This document shows, in pieces, positions 13,691 to 26,049 of a DNA stretch of 64,000 nt (within the stretch, counting starts at the first letter, position 1; the number at the start of each line of letters is the position of its first letter). Made by a program: the position numbers and the translations under genes. The notes beneath the pieces are model-generated. The model worked only from the letters and a program-made list of their open reading frames with translations. It made no database searches and was not told the DNA's origin. The stretch covers positions 93,969,611-94,033,610 of the forward strand of contig NC_068982.1 of NCBI RefSeq assembly GCF_001194135.2. The letters run 5' to 3'. The DNA is from Octopus bimaculoides (lineage: Eukaryota).

Positions 13691-14039
13691 CTACCACCCT
13701 TTGAACGTGAGTACGTCTACCACCCTTTGTAGTGCGTTTTTTTACGAAAGAGTGTTGCCGATAGCCAGGTTATATTTATTGTATAACTGCAGTACATTGA
13801 TTAAAAACATATTACTCGCCAGACAAATTAGAAGACGTTCGTAAAAAAAAGCGTAGAAATATATCAAAACTAAATAATGAATGAATATTTTAACCAGATG
13901 TGTGATATTTGAAAATTAGAGCAAATTTCGTTTTTAAAAGAAATGTATTTTCAATTTATTTTCAGGCAATCGTTTTTTTTAAACAAGGAAATGTAATAAT
14001 GTTCACAAAGATAATAAGTTCATTTATATACAAATTTAT

Positions 14040-15270
14040 ATAACTATAGTTTGAAGGTAGTCGAAAATGTCTGCATCTGCATAGTCCAGCATAAACATCT
14101 GAATTCATTTTGAGGCAATAGAATTTTTAATGTTCTTTGACATAACAGAAGCATCACAGTTTCAAGATACTCCGGGATGCACAATTAGTGATATATTTGG
14201 GTTTTATGGGTTTTCTAGTCTTTCAATTTAAGTTCTCTACCACCAGTTGATCTAGCCGGAGTTTCTATTCAGGTAGCATAGATTCACGGGTTTTCCCTTT
14301 TTATCCAAAATTATCTAGAATAGTCGTGAACCAGGCACTGTTGTTTATCTATAGTCTTACGCAGAATAAACATTTGAATGTGATCCAGAGTGGGAACCAA
14401 AATATCTGTCAGGTTTCTATATGATTATTTGTGCAATTCCTCTCATGGACGGTTATATTGTACAAATCCATGTAGAAGATTGAATAATGGACTTCTGCGT
14501 CGTATTTTAGAAATAGCAGCATTCACATTTGACAAATTCGCCTTCATTAGAGAAAAAGCATCCAGGAGATTAGCTGGCGAAACAAATCCAACAGCCATCA
14601 ATTACTATGAGCATCAAGATAAAGGAAGGTTATTATCACTATCATAATGAGTTCGAAAGTTTGACACTCACCGTTTACTGTGTCATAGAGATGGAAGATG
14701 CAAACGTGGAGACTAATGTTAACAACGAACAACACCGATGGAAAAGTAATGAACTGCCAACTCGAAATAAGTGTTCATTTTAGCTATTTTGGAATCTAGC
14801 TAACGGTTAGCGATCATTTTAGTAAGGGTTTCTTGGATAATGATGTACTGTACTTCAGTTTTCCAGGAATAAACACGTAGACTAAGATAATTCTCCATTG
14901 AATCTCATTGAATGATATACAGCTGGCAGAACAACTGAGGAATTCTGTCCAATGTGCAATAGACAAACCACTGAGAATTTTGTTTAAGGAACTCAATGGT
15001 CAACAGGGCTAAAAAAAAACAAAAAAACATTAGCAACGCTATCGTGAATCATGAACTGATGTCGATCTTAAGTTTTTATAAATACCCCCAGAATAGCCAA
15101 GTTTTCAACCGTCTTCACAAGGATAAATATGGGTATTTCTTTCCTGAATTCTGCATCGCTGATATGCCGGTTAGCTTTGGTAAATTCTTGATTATTGAGA
15201 TTATCTCCCCTGTTCATCTGAAACTGGCGTCGATTGTCAGTTGTAATTGTAACGCAGAGGAAGAATGCTT
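14040..15270 (-). pseudogene. Mutator-like (MULE) transposase pseudogene
   Basis: Across frameshifts it reads EFLKQNSQWFVYCTLDRIPQLFCQLYII, MNTYFELAVH, CIFHL, LMAVGFVSPANLLDAF, RRRSPLF, TNNHIET and DYADADIFDYLQTI. These match animal MULE DDE motifs (WFxDGTF, TDFE, CxFH, RTNNxxE, DYLRxIA) in the correct order. Confidence 0.75.
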
Positions 15271-15389
15271 TTGATAAATCAATAATTTATGCTGTATATT
15301 ATTGGCATAGCTGTATGTGTCTATGTTGTTCATGTACATGCTACTGGTAGCTCTATTTTTCATAGTTCACTTTTACTTATACATACATA

Positions 15390-15390
<1 letters not shown>

Positions 15391-15475
<85 letters not shown>

Positions 15476-15527
15476 TTCATACACGCTCGCTCGCGCGCGC
15501 GCGCGCACACACACACACACACACACA
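15391..15527. repeat. (CA)n with (CG)n microsatellite
   Basis: Read directly from the sequence. Confidence 0.95.
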
Positions 15528-15790
15528 TCTAAATTGAGGGAGTGGAGCAGGTCAAATCCAGGCTACATATGTTTCCTAGCTAGCAGATCCTCGGAAGTAA
15601 TAGTTACTGAACGAGGGGTACTCCGCTAGCTACCCATCAAGCCGAAGATATCTTAATTATATGAAGGTTACAATGTCGTTAAGGAATCCCAAGTTGATTC
15701 GCCGGAGGTATAATATGAAATCAGTGACGAAGTCGGAAGACGGGAGTGAAAAAAACAAATAGAAAACAGATTTTAAAATGTTTGAAGCAA

Positions 15791-15845
<55 letters not shown>

Positions 15846-15949
15846 ATTGTGTCAATGCTTGTTTTATATTTAGTTGTAATAAAATCAATTATACATTAAT
15901 CTGACGATGGTTTAAACTTCGAAGACACTATCAACAACATTCTTGTTTA

Positions 15950-16110
15950 AAAATTATATATATATAGTTCAAATTTACAGAAGAACAGAAAAACAAAAGA
16001 CAGGTGTATAAACAACAAGTAGATGTATTAGTTTGACGCTCGGGAAGGTGAGAAAGTCTTTTACGTTTCGAGCCTACGCTCTTCAAGAGAAAGAAACACG
16101 AGAAAATAAG
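15950..16110 (-). mobile_element. Short PLE-terminus-like repeat with a decayed hammerhead motif; paralogue at 21740-21885 (+)
   Basis: The reverse complement reads ttgaagagcgtaggctcgaaacgtaaaagactttctcaccttcccgagcgtcaaactaatacatct. The 21760 copy has the same body. Both end in (TA)n. Confidence 0.6.
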
Positions 16111-16189
16111 CAGAGATAGAATAAAAAAAAAACTTTTGGAGTTAGTGGTCAATCATGGCGACATAGATATATGTGTGTGTGCATGTGTG

Positions 16190-16224
<35 letters not shown>

Positions 16225-17599
16225 ATGCATGCAAAAACACACATACATACACAAATATACACATGTTTAATGTACAAAGTAAATATAAGTACAAACTATA
16301 AACAATTAGAGGATGTATGTATATACTATAATCTTAGATTGCATATGTTATGCATGTGTGTAAGCGAATGTGTTAGACAACTGTTTTAGTAATAATATTA
16401 GGAAAGGCAATGTTCAGTTAATAACTAAAGTTCCTTTGTATTTATTTCAAAACAGAGCAGAAAAGTGACAATCCTAGCTTTGATTCCGTCAGATGACGAG
16501 GTGAACGTCAGCTATCCTTTGGGCCATCTAATTACGAATAGATTCTATGGGATATATACAATAAGGAATTGAATACAATGCACAGCAAACAATACCCTAA
16601 TCGCTTCTGTTAAAATAGATTTTAACCCGTGATTCTTGATAAATATAAAGATTTGTATTTATTTTGTTAGCACTTGGTTTTCTAGATCTTCTATTTAAAA
16701 GCGTTCAGGTATCGAACAGATTTCTTAGCAACTTAGCGATCGTTCATATTGTCCTATTATTGATCTCTGCCAATATTGTCTCTTGGGTTAATAACACATC
16801 GGGAAATTTCGCTACACTACTTTACAGTAGTTTTCCAACAAACATTTTCTCTCAATATCTCTAAATATTGGTTTCTCATATTGCCATCAAGAGACAAATT
16901 TACAGGAGATGTGTGTTTTCTATAGAACTGAACCAAGTACAACTCTACTACTTATTATATTGATCTCTTAGAGATAAACACCAAACTCCAAAACTGGCAG
17001 AATTTATGCTCATAACAAAAATACGGAAATAAATCCTGTCTTGAGTTTAATCTACTGGCCTTTCGTTCTACCTACAGCACTGCCTCCCCCGCTCCGATAG
17101 GAGCAATATTACAATTTTTGCAAAGAGAAATTAATATAGATTCAAACATGAAATTTGAAATAGTTGAAAGACAAATTAAAATTTTATTTTAGATCTTCAT
17201 TCGGTGTTCTGAGTTTAAACATCGGAAGAGGAACAGTGCCCATGACTGGTGAGATAGATGATGCAATGGCTAGTAAGAAGCGACTGAATTACAGAAGAAG
17301 CTATGTTATGTAAATTCCCCAGTCGAGGAAGGACACATTGGACAATGTAGTTATATATATATATGCCAATGGAAAGAAGACAAAGAAAATTCTTTAACAC
17401 ATCTTTAATTATAAGTTACACGTGATACCATCTCCATTTGCAACGCCAGTTTACGTGAAAATTCTAAAATAAAAAATACGTAATATATGCAGTTTTGGGC
17501 ATTGGAGAGACACTTCCTCAGACTTGCATCAAAGTCATGCTATTACAGTGTGCGTCCTTCAGACCTTGTTGTTATGAAAGTATCGGAAGGAAATAAAAA

Positions 17600-17875
17600 G
17601 GAAAAAAATTAAAAGTGTGTATGCGGGATGGGTCTGTAGGGAAGAAATTATGTGGTGGTGAAGGAATCAAGAGGGTGGATACGTATAAAAATAGGAGGGA
17701 GAAAGGGAAGAAGGGGAAGAAAATTAATAGAAGAAGGTGAAAGAGAAGGATCCGGAGGAGAAGGAAAGGAAGAAGTAGAAGAAACAAAGGAAGAAGGAAA
17801 AGAAGAAGAAAAGGAAAAGAAGAAAAGGAGAAGACGAGGGCGACGAAGAAGAAGAAGAAAGAAAAGCTGGAAGGA
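17600..17875. repeat. GA-rich low-complexity tract
   Basis: Degenerate (GAA/GGA)n; explains the E/K/R-rich ORF. Confidence 0.9.
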
Positions 17876-18216
17876 GGGTGTCAACCGGTACCGGCAGGGC
17901 CATTGTTACGAAGATTCGTCCGATGGAATACTATGTGTTTAACAGCACAGCGACATTAGTCTGCGACAATTTAAAATGAAAATATCTATTACATATTTTG
18001 TTGTGTCTGTGGAGAGTCATTCTCCTTTAGTGCCTTATTATTTAACACACTCACCGGTAAAGTTTCCACTCATTTACTTTATATATTTTTTTCTAAAATT
18101 TTTGTTGCGTCTTGCAACCTTTTCAATAGTCGTTGACTCTGTCCGTTATCCGAGCTGCGTTCTTTTTGTTTGCGCGCATGTGTGTGGGTCAGTGTGTGCG
18201 CGCATACACATGTATG

Positions 18217-18248
<32 letters not shown>

Positions 18249-18789
18249 CATGCATGCATGCATGCATGTATGTATGTATGTATGTATGTATGTATGTATG
18301 TATGCATGTATGTGTGTATGCATGTATATATGTGTGTGTGCTCATGCATATATGTATGTGTGTACGTTTGCATGTATGTATTCTGCATATTCATGTGTTT
18401 GTGTGTTTTTATGTGTGTGTGTGTGCATGTCTGAGTGTGTCTGTGTCTGTGTATAGGTTTTTGTGACTATGTAGTATCTGTATGCAGGGATGTGTATATC
18501 CATATGTGTGTGGATGTGTCTCCATATGTGTCCTTGTGTGAAGTGAAGTGTGTGTGTATATGGTCATGTGTTTCAGTTTTCATTTCTGTATGTGTGTGTA
18601 TGTGTGCTTGTCTGTTCATATTACCTATGTACCTATCCATCTGTATATCTATCTCCTTACATTCATCTGCCTACATACATGTAAATATACATATACGTAT
18701 ACACACACACACACATACACACAGAGACACACACACACGCATCTACATAACAGCCTACTAACTATTTTACCTGTATTAAAAATGAAATG

Positions 18790-19430
18790 TGGATGTAGGA
18801 GTATGATTACCTACTACGTATATTTCATATTTAGTACTGGGAATGTTTCATTTATGAGGACATACTCCTGTATTTGTCTGAGGGTTGGGTCCTTTGGGTG
18901 CTTGGATAAGATGCGGATGTCAAGTTGACCCAGGTTGCCTCCATGTTGGTCCTTGGCATGTTGGTAGAGTATGGAGGGCTGTTTTTTTATTGTTATATCG
19001 TCTCAAATGTTCATTTAGTTTTTCCGCAATGCTTCTAAATGCCTCCCCTATGTATGTCATGTTCATGTCTTTACAAGCACATTCTATGCATCTTAAGCTG
19101 TAGACTACATTTCTAGTTGTACAGTTAATGCCAGGGTTAATCCTACATACCATGCTGGTATCATTGATGCATATGGTATTCTCAAAGGGGTACGTCCTAC
19201 ATAGTTGTGATTTGATGGCGTTTCCTGGGTTTTTAACAATCTTCATGTTGAGTTTTGTCTCCTTCAGAGCTTTCCTAAATCTACGGGCTAATTCTTCATG
19301 GGCTGTAGCCTCTACAAACATCACTCCTTGATATTTGTCGATTTTATACCACGTCTTCACCCTATTTGCTTTGTTACAAGCTCTTTGTATTCTATTCCAG
19401 TCTTTGCTTCTATTGTTTGAGGAATGTGAG
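18790..19430 (-). mobile_element. Penelope-like element, GIY-YIG endonuclease 3' fragment
   Basis: VMFVEATAHEELARR...NCTTRNVVYSLRCIECAC...TYIGEAFRSIAEKLNEH...RQIQEYVLIN contains VVY, YIGE and an upstream Cys cluster. Confidence 0.85.
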
Positions 19431-20859
19431 CGTCTGATAACGTACCAAATGCCAGGACTTTAACTCCGTCAATGATACAAGCTGCGGAAAGCCGTGCCCT
19501 ACAGTAGGTATCCACATTTGTTATTCTTCTTCAAGTTCGACACAAAGGTTCATATTGTATTAGTGTTAAATACTAATCCTTAATTAAAAAGAGGCTTATC
19601 TTACTTTACAAAGATCCTGGGAAGGATAATAAGTAAAGTCTTTCCTTCACTGACTAAGTCATTAAAATATCATATAATCTAGTACATACGGGCTAGATAA
19701 TATAATTAGATTTACAAGTTATTCAATGCATTTGAAAGGTTAGTGTGAAATAAGACAAAATTGATCCCTAAAATAAAAATAATATCAGAATACCAGAAGC
19801 AATCCAAATTACAGGTCTATAACTTTTTTTCCTATCAAGATATAAACTCACCCCTGCCACCTTAAATCTGTACTTTGCAACAGAATCGTTGCTCACTTTG
19901 CCCGAAGAGTTGAGAAGGTACCGGAAACGAATATATGACTGAAGAACCGGGCAATTATCTAAGATAGCATGACATTGATTGATTACTGAAGCTGATTTCA
20001 TAGCATATAATATCATGCTATGAGAAAACGGGAAACGATTACATCACTAGAGAGCTAAAAATTGTTCAACAAAACCAGTCCTATACAGTTGTCTGCATTA
20101 GCTACAAGGGCTCGAAGAGAGATAGAAAAACGTTAAATAAGGTGCTTACAAACATATGTGAGATAGAACGAATGATTTACACAAAAAGGGGAGTAGGAGT
20201 GAAAGTTGAGACAAATTAAAATTTATAAGGCACAATTACTGAAGCGGAATAGATAAAAGTGTATGATAAGACAATAATTAAAGCACCATATACAAAATAG
20301 TAAAAATAGTAAAAACATTTTCGGTTTGGTTCACTAATGGAGAAAACTACTTATTAGGTATGATTCGAGCACACCACATCCCACCTACTTACCGTTGCCA
20401 GTACTGTTGTCTCGTACACTCAAAAGCATCTGTATTTTGATTTGGCTGGGGAAGATAAGTATTCACATTTCGAAGATAAGACTGTTTTAGTTCGTTGTAA
20501 CACCTTTGATTTACTAAAAACCTATCCTTCACATGTCTCCCTTTCCAGTGATGCAGCATGATAATGTATGCTATGAAATTATTTCCAATAATCAATCTAC
20601 GTCATGCTGGCTTAAATAATTGCCCGGTTCTCCAGTAGCTGTTCATTACAGCCCAAGATAGTCCATGTCTTTGCTGCTACTTGCACAGCCTTATACAGTA
20701 GGACCAAATGTGCCATTCCATTGGTGTTAAATACTAAGCCTTGATAATTTTGTAAGTGGAGCAGACCGTCCTAAGGTAATTAATTATAATCGTTTTTGGC
20801 TCGGAGCGAAAAAAACCAAAAAAACATATGTTTACGATTTTAGAGCCAATAATAATATT

Positions 20860-21030
20860 AATAATAATCCTTTCTACTATAGGAAATTTGGGGGAGGGGG
20901 ATAGTCGATTAAATCAACTCCCGTGTTTCACTGGTACGTAATTTATCGACCCTGGAAGGATGAAAGGAAAAGTCGACCTCGGCAGAATTTGAACTCAGAA
21001 CGTAAAGACAAACGAAATACTGGAATACCG
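20860..21030 (-). mobile_element. SINE family 1, head truncated
   Basis: It contains gaaggatgaaaggaaaagtcgacctcggcagaatttgaactcagaac and the tagtagaaaggattatt tail. Confidence 0.8.
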
Positions 21031-21044
21031 TCGGACCGGAATAC

Positions 21045-21640
21045 CGTTGTTATTGCATTAATGCTTCTGACAAGTATACTGAGAAAACAGACTTGCTTAT
21101 GAGTTTACCAAAGCCAAGGTGAAAATAAGTCACCTGCTTTAGATGGATTTCTCAATCTACATAAAAGAAACGAGAAACACTTGGATTCTTTGATCAAAAC
21201 AGTGAGAGTGTTCAGTAAAGATACTGGAATGCAGTTAGGGGTAAATAAGTACGCAGTGTTAATTATGAAGAGAGGCCGAAAAATAAACACTGATGGAATA
21301 AAATTATCACATCATTAAATCGTTGTGGAATAATGAGAGATACAAATGTTTAGGGTTGAAGCAAGACGATAGGACAATGAAAGGAGAAATGAGAAACAAA
21401 ATCTCTAAAGATTACAAGAGAGTTTGAAAAGTGCTCGAAACAAAATTAAATGGAGGGAATATCATTAAAGCAATAAATACTTTGACTATGCCAGTGTTAA
21501 GATACTCTCCTCCTTTTCTGAAATGGACAAGGGCCGAGCAACAGAACTTGGATAGAAGAACTAGAAAGCTGCTCACAATGCACAACGCACTCAACCCTAG
21601 AAGAAAAACTGATAACCTCTGCCTACTAAAACATAAACAT
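21045..21640 (+). mobile_element. R4/Dong-like LINE, RT fragment
   Basis: VRVFSKDTGMQLGVNKYAVL and LETKLNGGNIIKAINTLTMPVLRYS...LDRRTRKLLTMHNALNP. Confidence 0.85.
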
Positions 21641-22250
21641 GGCTGTTTATATTAGGTTTTGCACGCACACACACACACACACACACACCTCCCCACATAC
21701 ATGTATATATGTATACATATGTAGCTTTTTTATTCTCTTCATTTTCCCTCTTAATCCTTTCTATCGAAGATCGTAGACTCAAAACGAATAAAACTTTTCC
21801 ATTTTCCCGAGCGTTAAACTAATACACCTGCTTTTTGTTCCTACATCTGTCATCGTCTTTTGTTTTCTGTAAATTTGAACAATATATATATATATATATA
21901 TATATATGATTAATATTTTTACATATTTTGAATACCATATAATACTGGAAGCAGAAACAGCTGTTAAATGGGATGCAGTCTATTTGCATTGAATTAATAA
22001 ATAATAATTGATGTAAGTCAATTGTTGTTAATCAGTACTTCTCCAATTTCTGTTTTCTTTAAATTTTGGTTTTTGATAGACCCATGTTTATCCTTGTCTT
22101 TACCAATAACTTATGAACATAATATTTGCATATGTATGTCCATGGTTAAATACAGGTAATATACCGGTAGTGTAATGGATACTTCTATCCCTTAGGTGAT
22201 TATTTTAACCTCTTACCTCACTAACCTTATATATATATATNNNNNNNNNN

Positions 22251-22312
<62 letters not shown>

Positions 22313-22379
22313 CATACATACATACATACATGCATACATACATATATAGGCACGTGAGTCGTCTAAGAGACCATAAGTT

Positions 22380-23110
22380 ATGGAAAAGATGCACTCATAT
22401 ATCTGTCACTATCATGCCATAACTTCAATCACAGGTCTCCGGCCTGGACCTTCCATCAGTACCCTCGGGCTCGGCAAAGAGTTTGACCAGAGCACACACC
22501 ATTGGACCCATGTATGCACATGTACACCCCCACAAGACGGACACCTCACAAAATAGACTGTCTACCACCTCCTCCAACATATACCTCTTTACACACATTG
22601 CACCCCCACGCATATATAGACCCCCACACACATTACGCAGCACACGCTAACATAAACCCCCACGGCCTTAACCAATACAGAAAGAAAACAGACCAATGTG
22701 CATAACTAACTATATATACCTACAGTCTTGGAAAAATTATGCATATGACACCACTACACATATCATAAACCCATCCCTACAGGAATACCACACTTATAAC
22801 ACACACTTTGCCCACAAGCACTTCAAGATAACTCTTACCGGCCTTACAGTGTACTCAACCAAGGGACATAATTCCTAACCCAATCTCCAGGCCCATTTTC
22901 CTTTTACCACCTTTTTCACAGCAACCGCAAACCAGATGTGTTAATCTACCTCCGACAATAGAGAGCAGTCGCCATATTCCTTCCATATCGGCTAACTCTG
23001 ATGAGCATAAGGTTATATAATCAGATTGTTACATAACACTCCATTGTATTATTTGCGTGAAACCGAGTGGCAAGATCAGCCATGATGGATATATAGTACT
23101 GTACATTTCA
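22380..23110 (+). mobile_element. Probable PLE 3' end with a hammerhead-like motif
   Basis: C/A-rich tract, weak GIY-YIG C-terminal similarity (HTYNTHFAHKHFKITL), CTGATGAG...GAAAC at 22998-23063, then (TA)n. Confidence 0.45.
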
Positions 23111-23237
23111 GACGATATATATATATATATATATATTTTATATATATAATGTTGACCAGTAAAGTGGACGTTTCTTTCAATGTGCTAGCTTCCTGGTAAT
23201 AAATCGATATTAATTAATATCTGATTTTTACCCTATG

Positions 23238-23289
<52 letters not shown>

Positions 23290-24711
23290 CATACATACAT
23301 GAGCCTATCATTGTAGAAACTGTCCCCTTCTAACAGTCTCTAATTAAGGTAGGTCAATGATTTTGATTAATAATAAATCTCAGAGCAATGCACCAAAACT
23401 CGTGAGTGAACTAAAAACTTTTAGTTCGACTATCCCTCCGCTGAGCTATTTCGGCCACATAGGAGTGAAGGCATAACTTTTATGAACACTAGTTTGTATT
23501 TGGTAGAATTAGCATAAATGTTTTCTTCAGTTTTCTGTTTCTTTTGAAACATGCAATGTAAAAGGATATTGGAATCCACATTATTTGTCTGATGCTGGAT
23601 TAAACTTATAATTTGGAGAAATGGCTTTACAAATATGTTTGTACAAAGTAGTGTGATAGAGTATATGAAATAGAGAAAGAGAGAGGAGAATTATAGAGAG
23701 GGGAGTGATAGAGAGAGGTGGAGTAGAAGAGGAGGGATGAGAGAGGGGAAGGGAGAGCGGGGAGTGATAGAGAGAGAGAGGGGGAGTGAGAGAGAGGAGG
23801 GATAAAAGACAGGGGAAAGCGAGCGAGTGAGTGAATGTGTGTGTGTGTGTGTGTGTATGAGAGAGAGAGAGACAGAGAGAGAAGACAAAAAGAGGGAGGT
23901 CTAACTATTTTTCTGCGAATTAGTCTTTCTGTAGTTGAAACCTTCAACATCAAAAGAAAATTTAAATATTTTGATAAAAAAATATATTAAAATTAGAATC
24001 TTAATAGTTTGTAGACAGTGTAAACGGAATAATTACTTTCTTTTAGAAGAAGTTTTATACCACCAACAAATAAATAGGCAGTTTTCTTCATTATAGCATT
24101 TCCTCATTATGTATTTCCTGCCGTGAAAATGAGAGTATTTTCTAAATATGTTAAAAGATGGTTAGAGGAAAAAATTCATTTCAAATTAATAAATGTAATA
24201 TAAGAGCTTCTGTTAGTTTTAATAGAATTTTACACCTTTCGTATACATAGTATAGTTTGTACGAAATCGATATCGTTACATAAATAATGAACAGAAGTAT
24301 TGTAGCTATTGTAAACGCTCTTCTAAACACGAATCACTTTTACTACTGGACGAATCAAAGTTTGGTAAACACTCAGCAATTCTGTTGTCACTCAACCTGC
24401 TGTTAATAATTACATCACACCTTTAAATAATGGGGCTCCTGATGTAAAATATCGTGATAATTCCGACATTTATTTCGACCACTACTGACATTGCACTACG
24501 TAACAAGGCCAAAGTTCACTTCGATTCAACGTGAAGATCTCTGTACAAGCAAGCAACCCGCAAACTATACTACTCTAATCCTAACTCTCCTCAAATCATA
24601 TCATACCATCTTAAGTTACATACATATGAACAAGTGCACACGTGCACATACGCATACTCAGACACACACACACACACACACAACCATACACGCACGCACA
24701 CACACATATAC

Positions 24712-25075
24712 ATGTGTTTAGACATGGTTTGCTTCCCAACTATGCGGCCTTGGGTTCATTCCCACTGTACAGCACCTTGGGCAAATGTCTTTTACTATAG
24801 CCCTGGGATGACCAAAGCCTTGTAAGTGGATTTGGTAGACGGAAGCTATATGGAATCCCGCCCTGTATATATGCATGTGTGTACATGAATTTGTGTTTAG
24901 AGTGTCCCCCATCGATTGACAACTGGTGTTGCTTTGTTTACACCCCCATAATTTAGTGATGCGGCAAAAGATCGCGAGAATAAGTATCAGGCTTTGAAAT
25001 AAGTACTGGAACTGATTTGTTCTACTAAACCCTTCAAGGCGATGCCCTTGCATGGCCGTAGTCTGACTAAAAAAA
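24712..25075 (+). mobile_element. SINE family 2
   Basis: Colinear with 55144-55568, including the gcaccttgggcaaatgtctt core and gcatggccgtagtc tail. Confidence 0.8.
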
Positions 25076-26049
25076 TAAATATATACATATATATATNNNN
25101 NNNNNNNNNNNNNNNNNNNNNNNNNNNNNNNNNNNNNNNNNNNNNNNNNNNNNNNNNNNNNNNNNNNNNNNNNNNNNNNNNNNNNNNNNNNNNNNNNNNN
25201 NNNNNNNNNNNNNNNNNNNNNNNNNNNNNNNNNNNNNNNNNNNNNNNNNNNNNNNNNNNNATTTGTATATATATGTACATGTATGCATGTGTGTGTATGT
25301 GTGTGTGTGCGTGTGTGTGTGCGTGCTTGTGGGCGTGCGTGCGTGTGTATGAATTTGAACTCTCCCATAAAAATGCCCAAGAGATCAGCAGAAGAATTTT
25401 TCTTTTATGCTTGCATCCATTGCAAGAAATTTACACACTATAACGTAATTTAGCAAGACAACTGGTCAGATACTTCGTTCTTAATTCTCTCAGAAGACTG
25501 AGATTGGGCACTACGAAATTTTTGATGCCCTGGTGAAAAGTCTTCCATTCCAGGTGATTCAAAACATACGCATGACAGTATACATGAGGGAAAATGACAA
25601 CATTAAGACTATATTCAATGTTATCCTTGAATGGTTGATGACTTGACCAGCCCAGCTGAGACGTGACTGAACAGAAACAATTCCATGTTGCTAAAGCCAC
25701 ATTTTGGAAATAGAGCAGAAATGGTGGTTTCAATCTGAACACCACTGTATCATAGCGTATATCTGGTAAGCTCTCTCCGACCATTATCTTATAAACACAT
25801 AACAAATTGCTGAATAGAAAACGAGAATTTTCCTCGGCAGCAATGAACTAAATAGACTTGTTTGTATATTTGTAGTGCTTCAATAGAGTTGGGTGACAAA
25901 GCCTCAAAAGGTAAGATTTATTTTATTCCTTATTTCAATTATCAAGAAAGTCTACGTGCAGCTCTATCATTTTTGGAAACAACGCAATGTTCAAGAGTTT
26001 AGAAACTTCACACCCACGATGAACATTAATGGTAAACATAAATAACAAG

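Noticed and set aside
20393-20690. Minus-strand ORF ending at a perfect GTAAGT donor
   Set aside because: There is an in-frame stop just upstream, and part of it has a decayed paralogue at 19939-20019. It is more likely a repeat fragment than a host exon.
24375-24532. Short open frame (NSVVTQPAVNN...KVHFDST*) resembling a terminal exon
   Set aside because: The acceptor is weak, and its end appears to run into an old SINE-like repeat.
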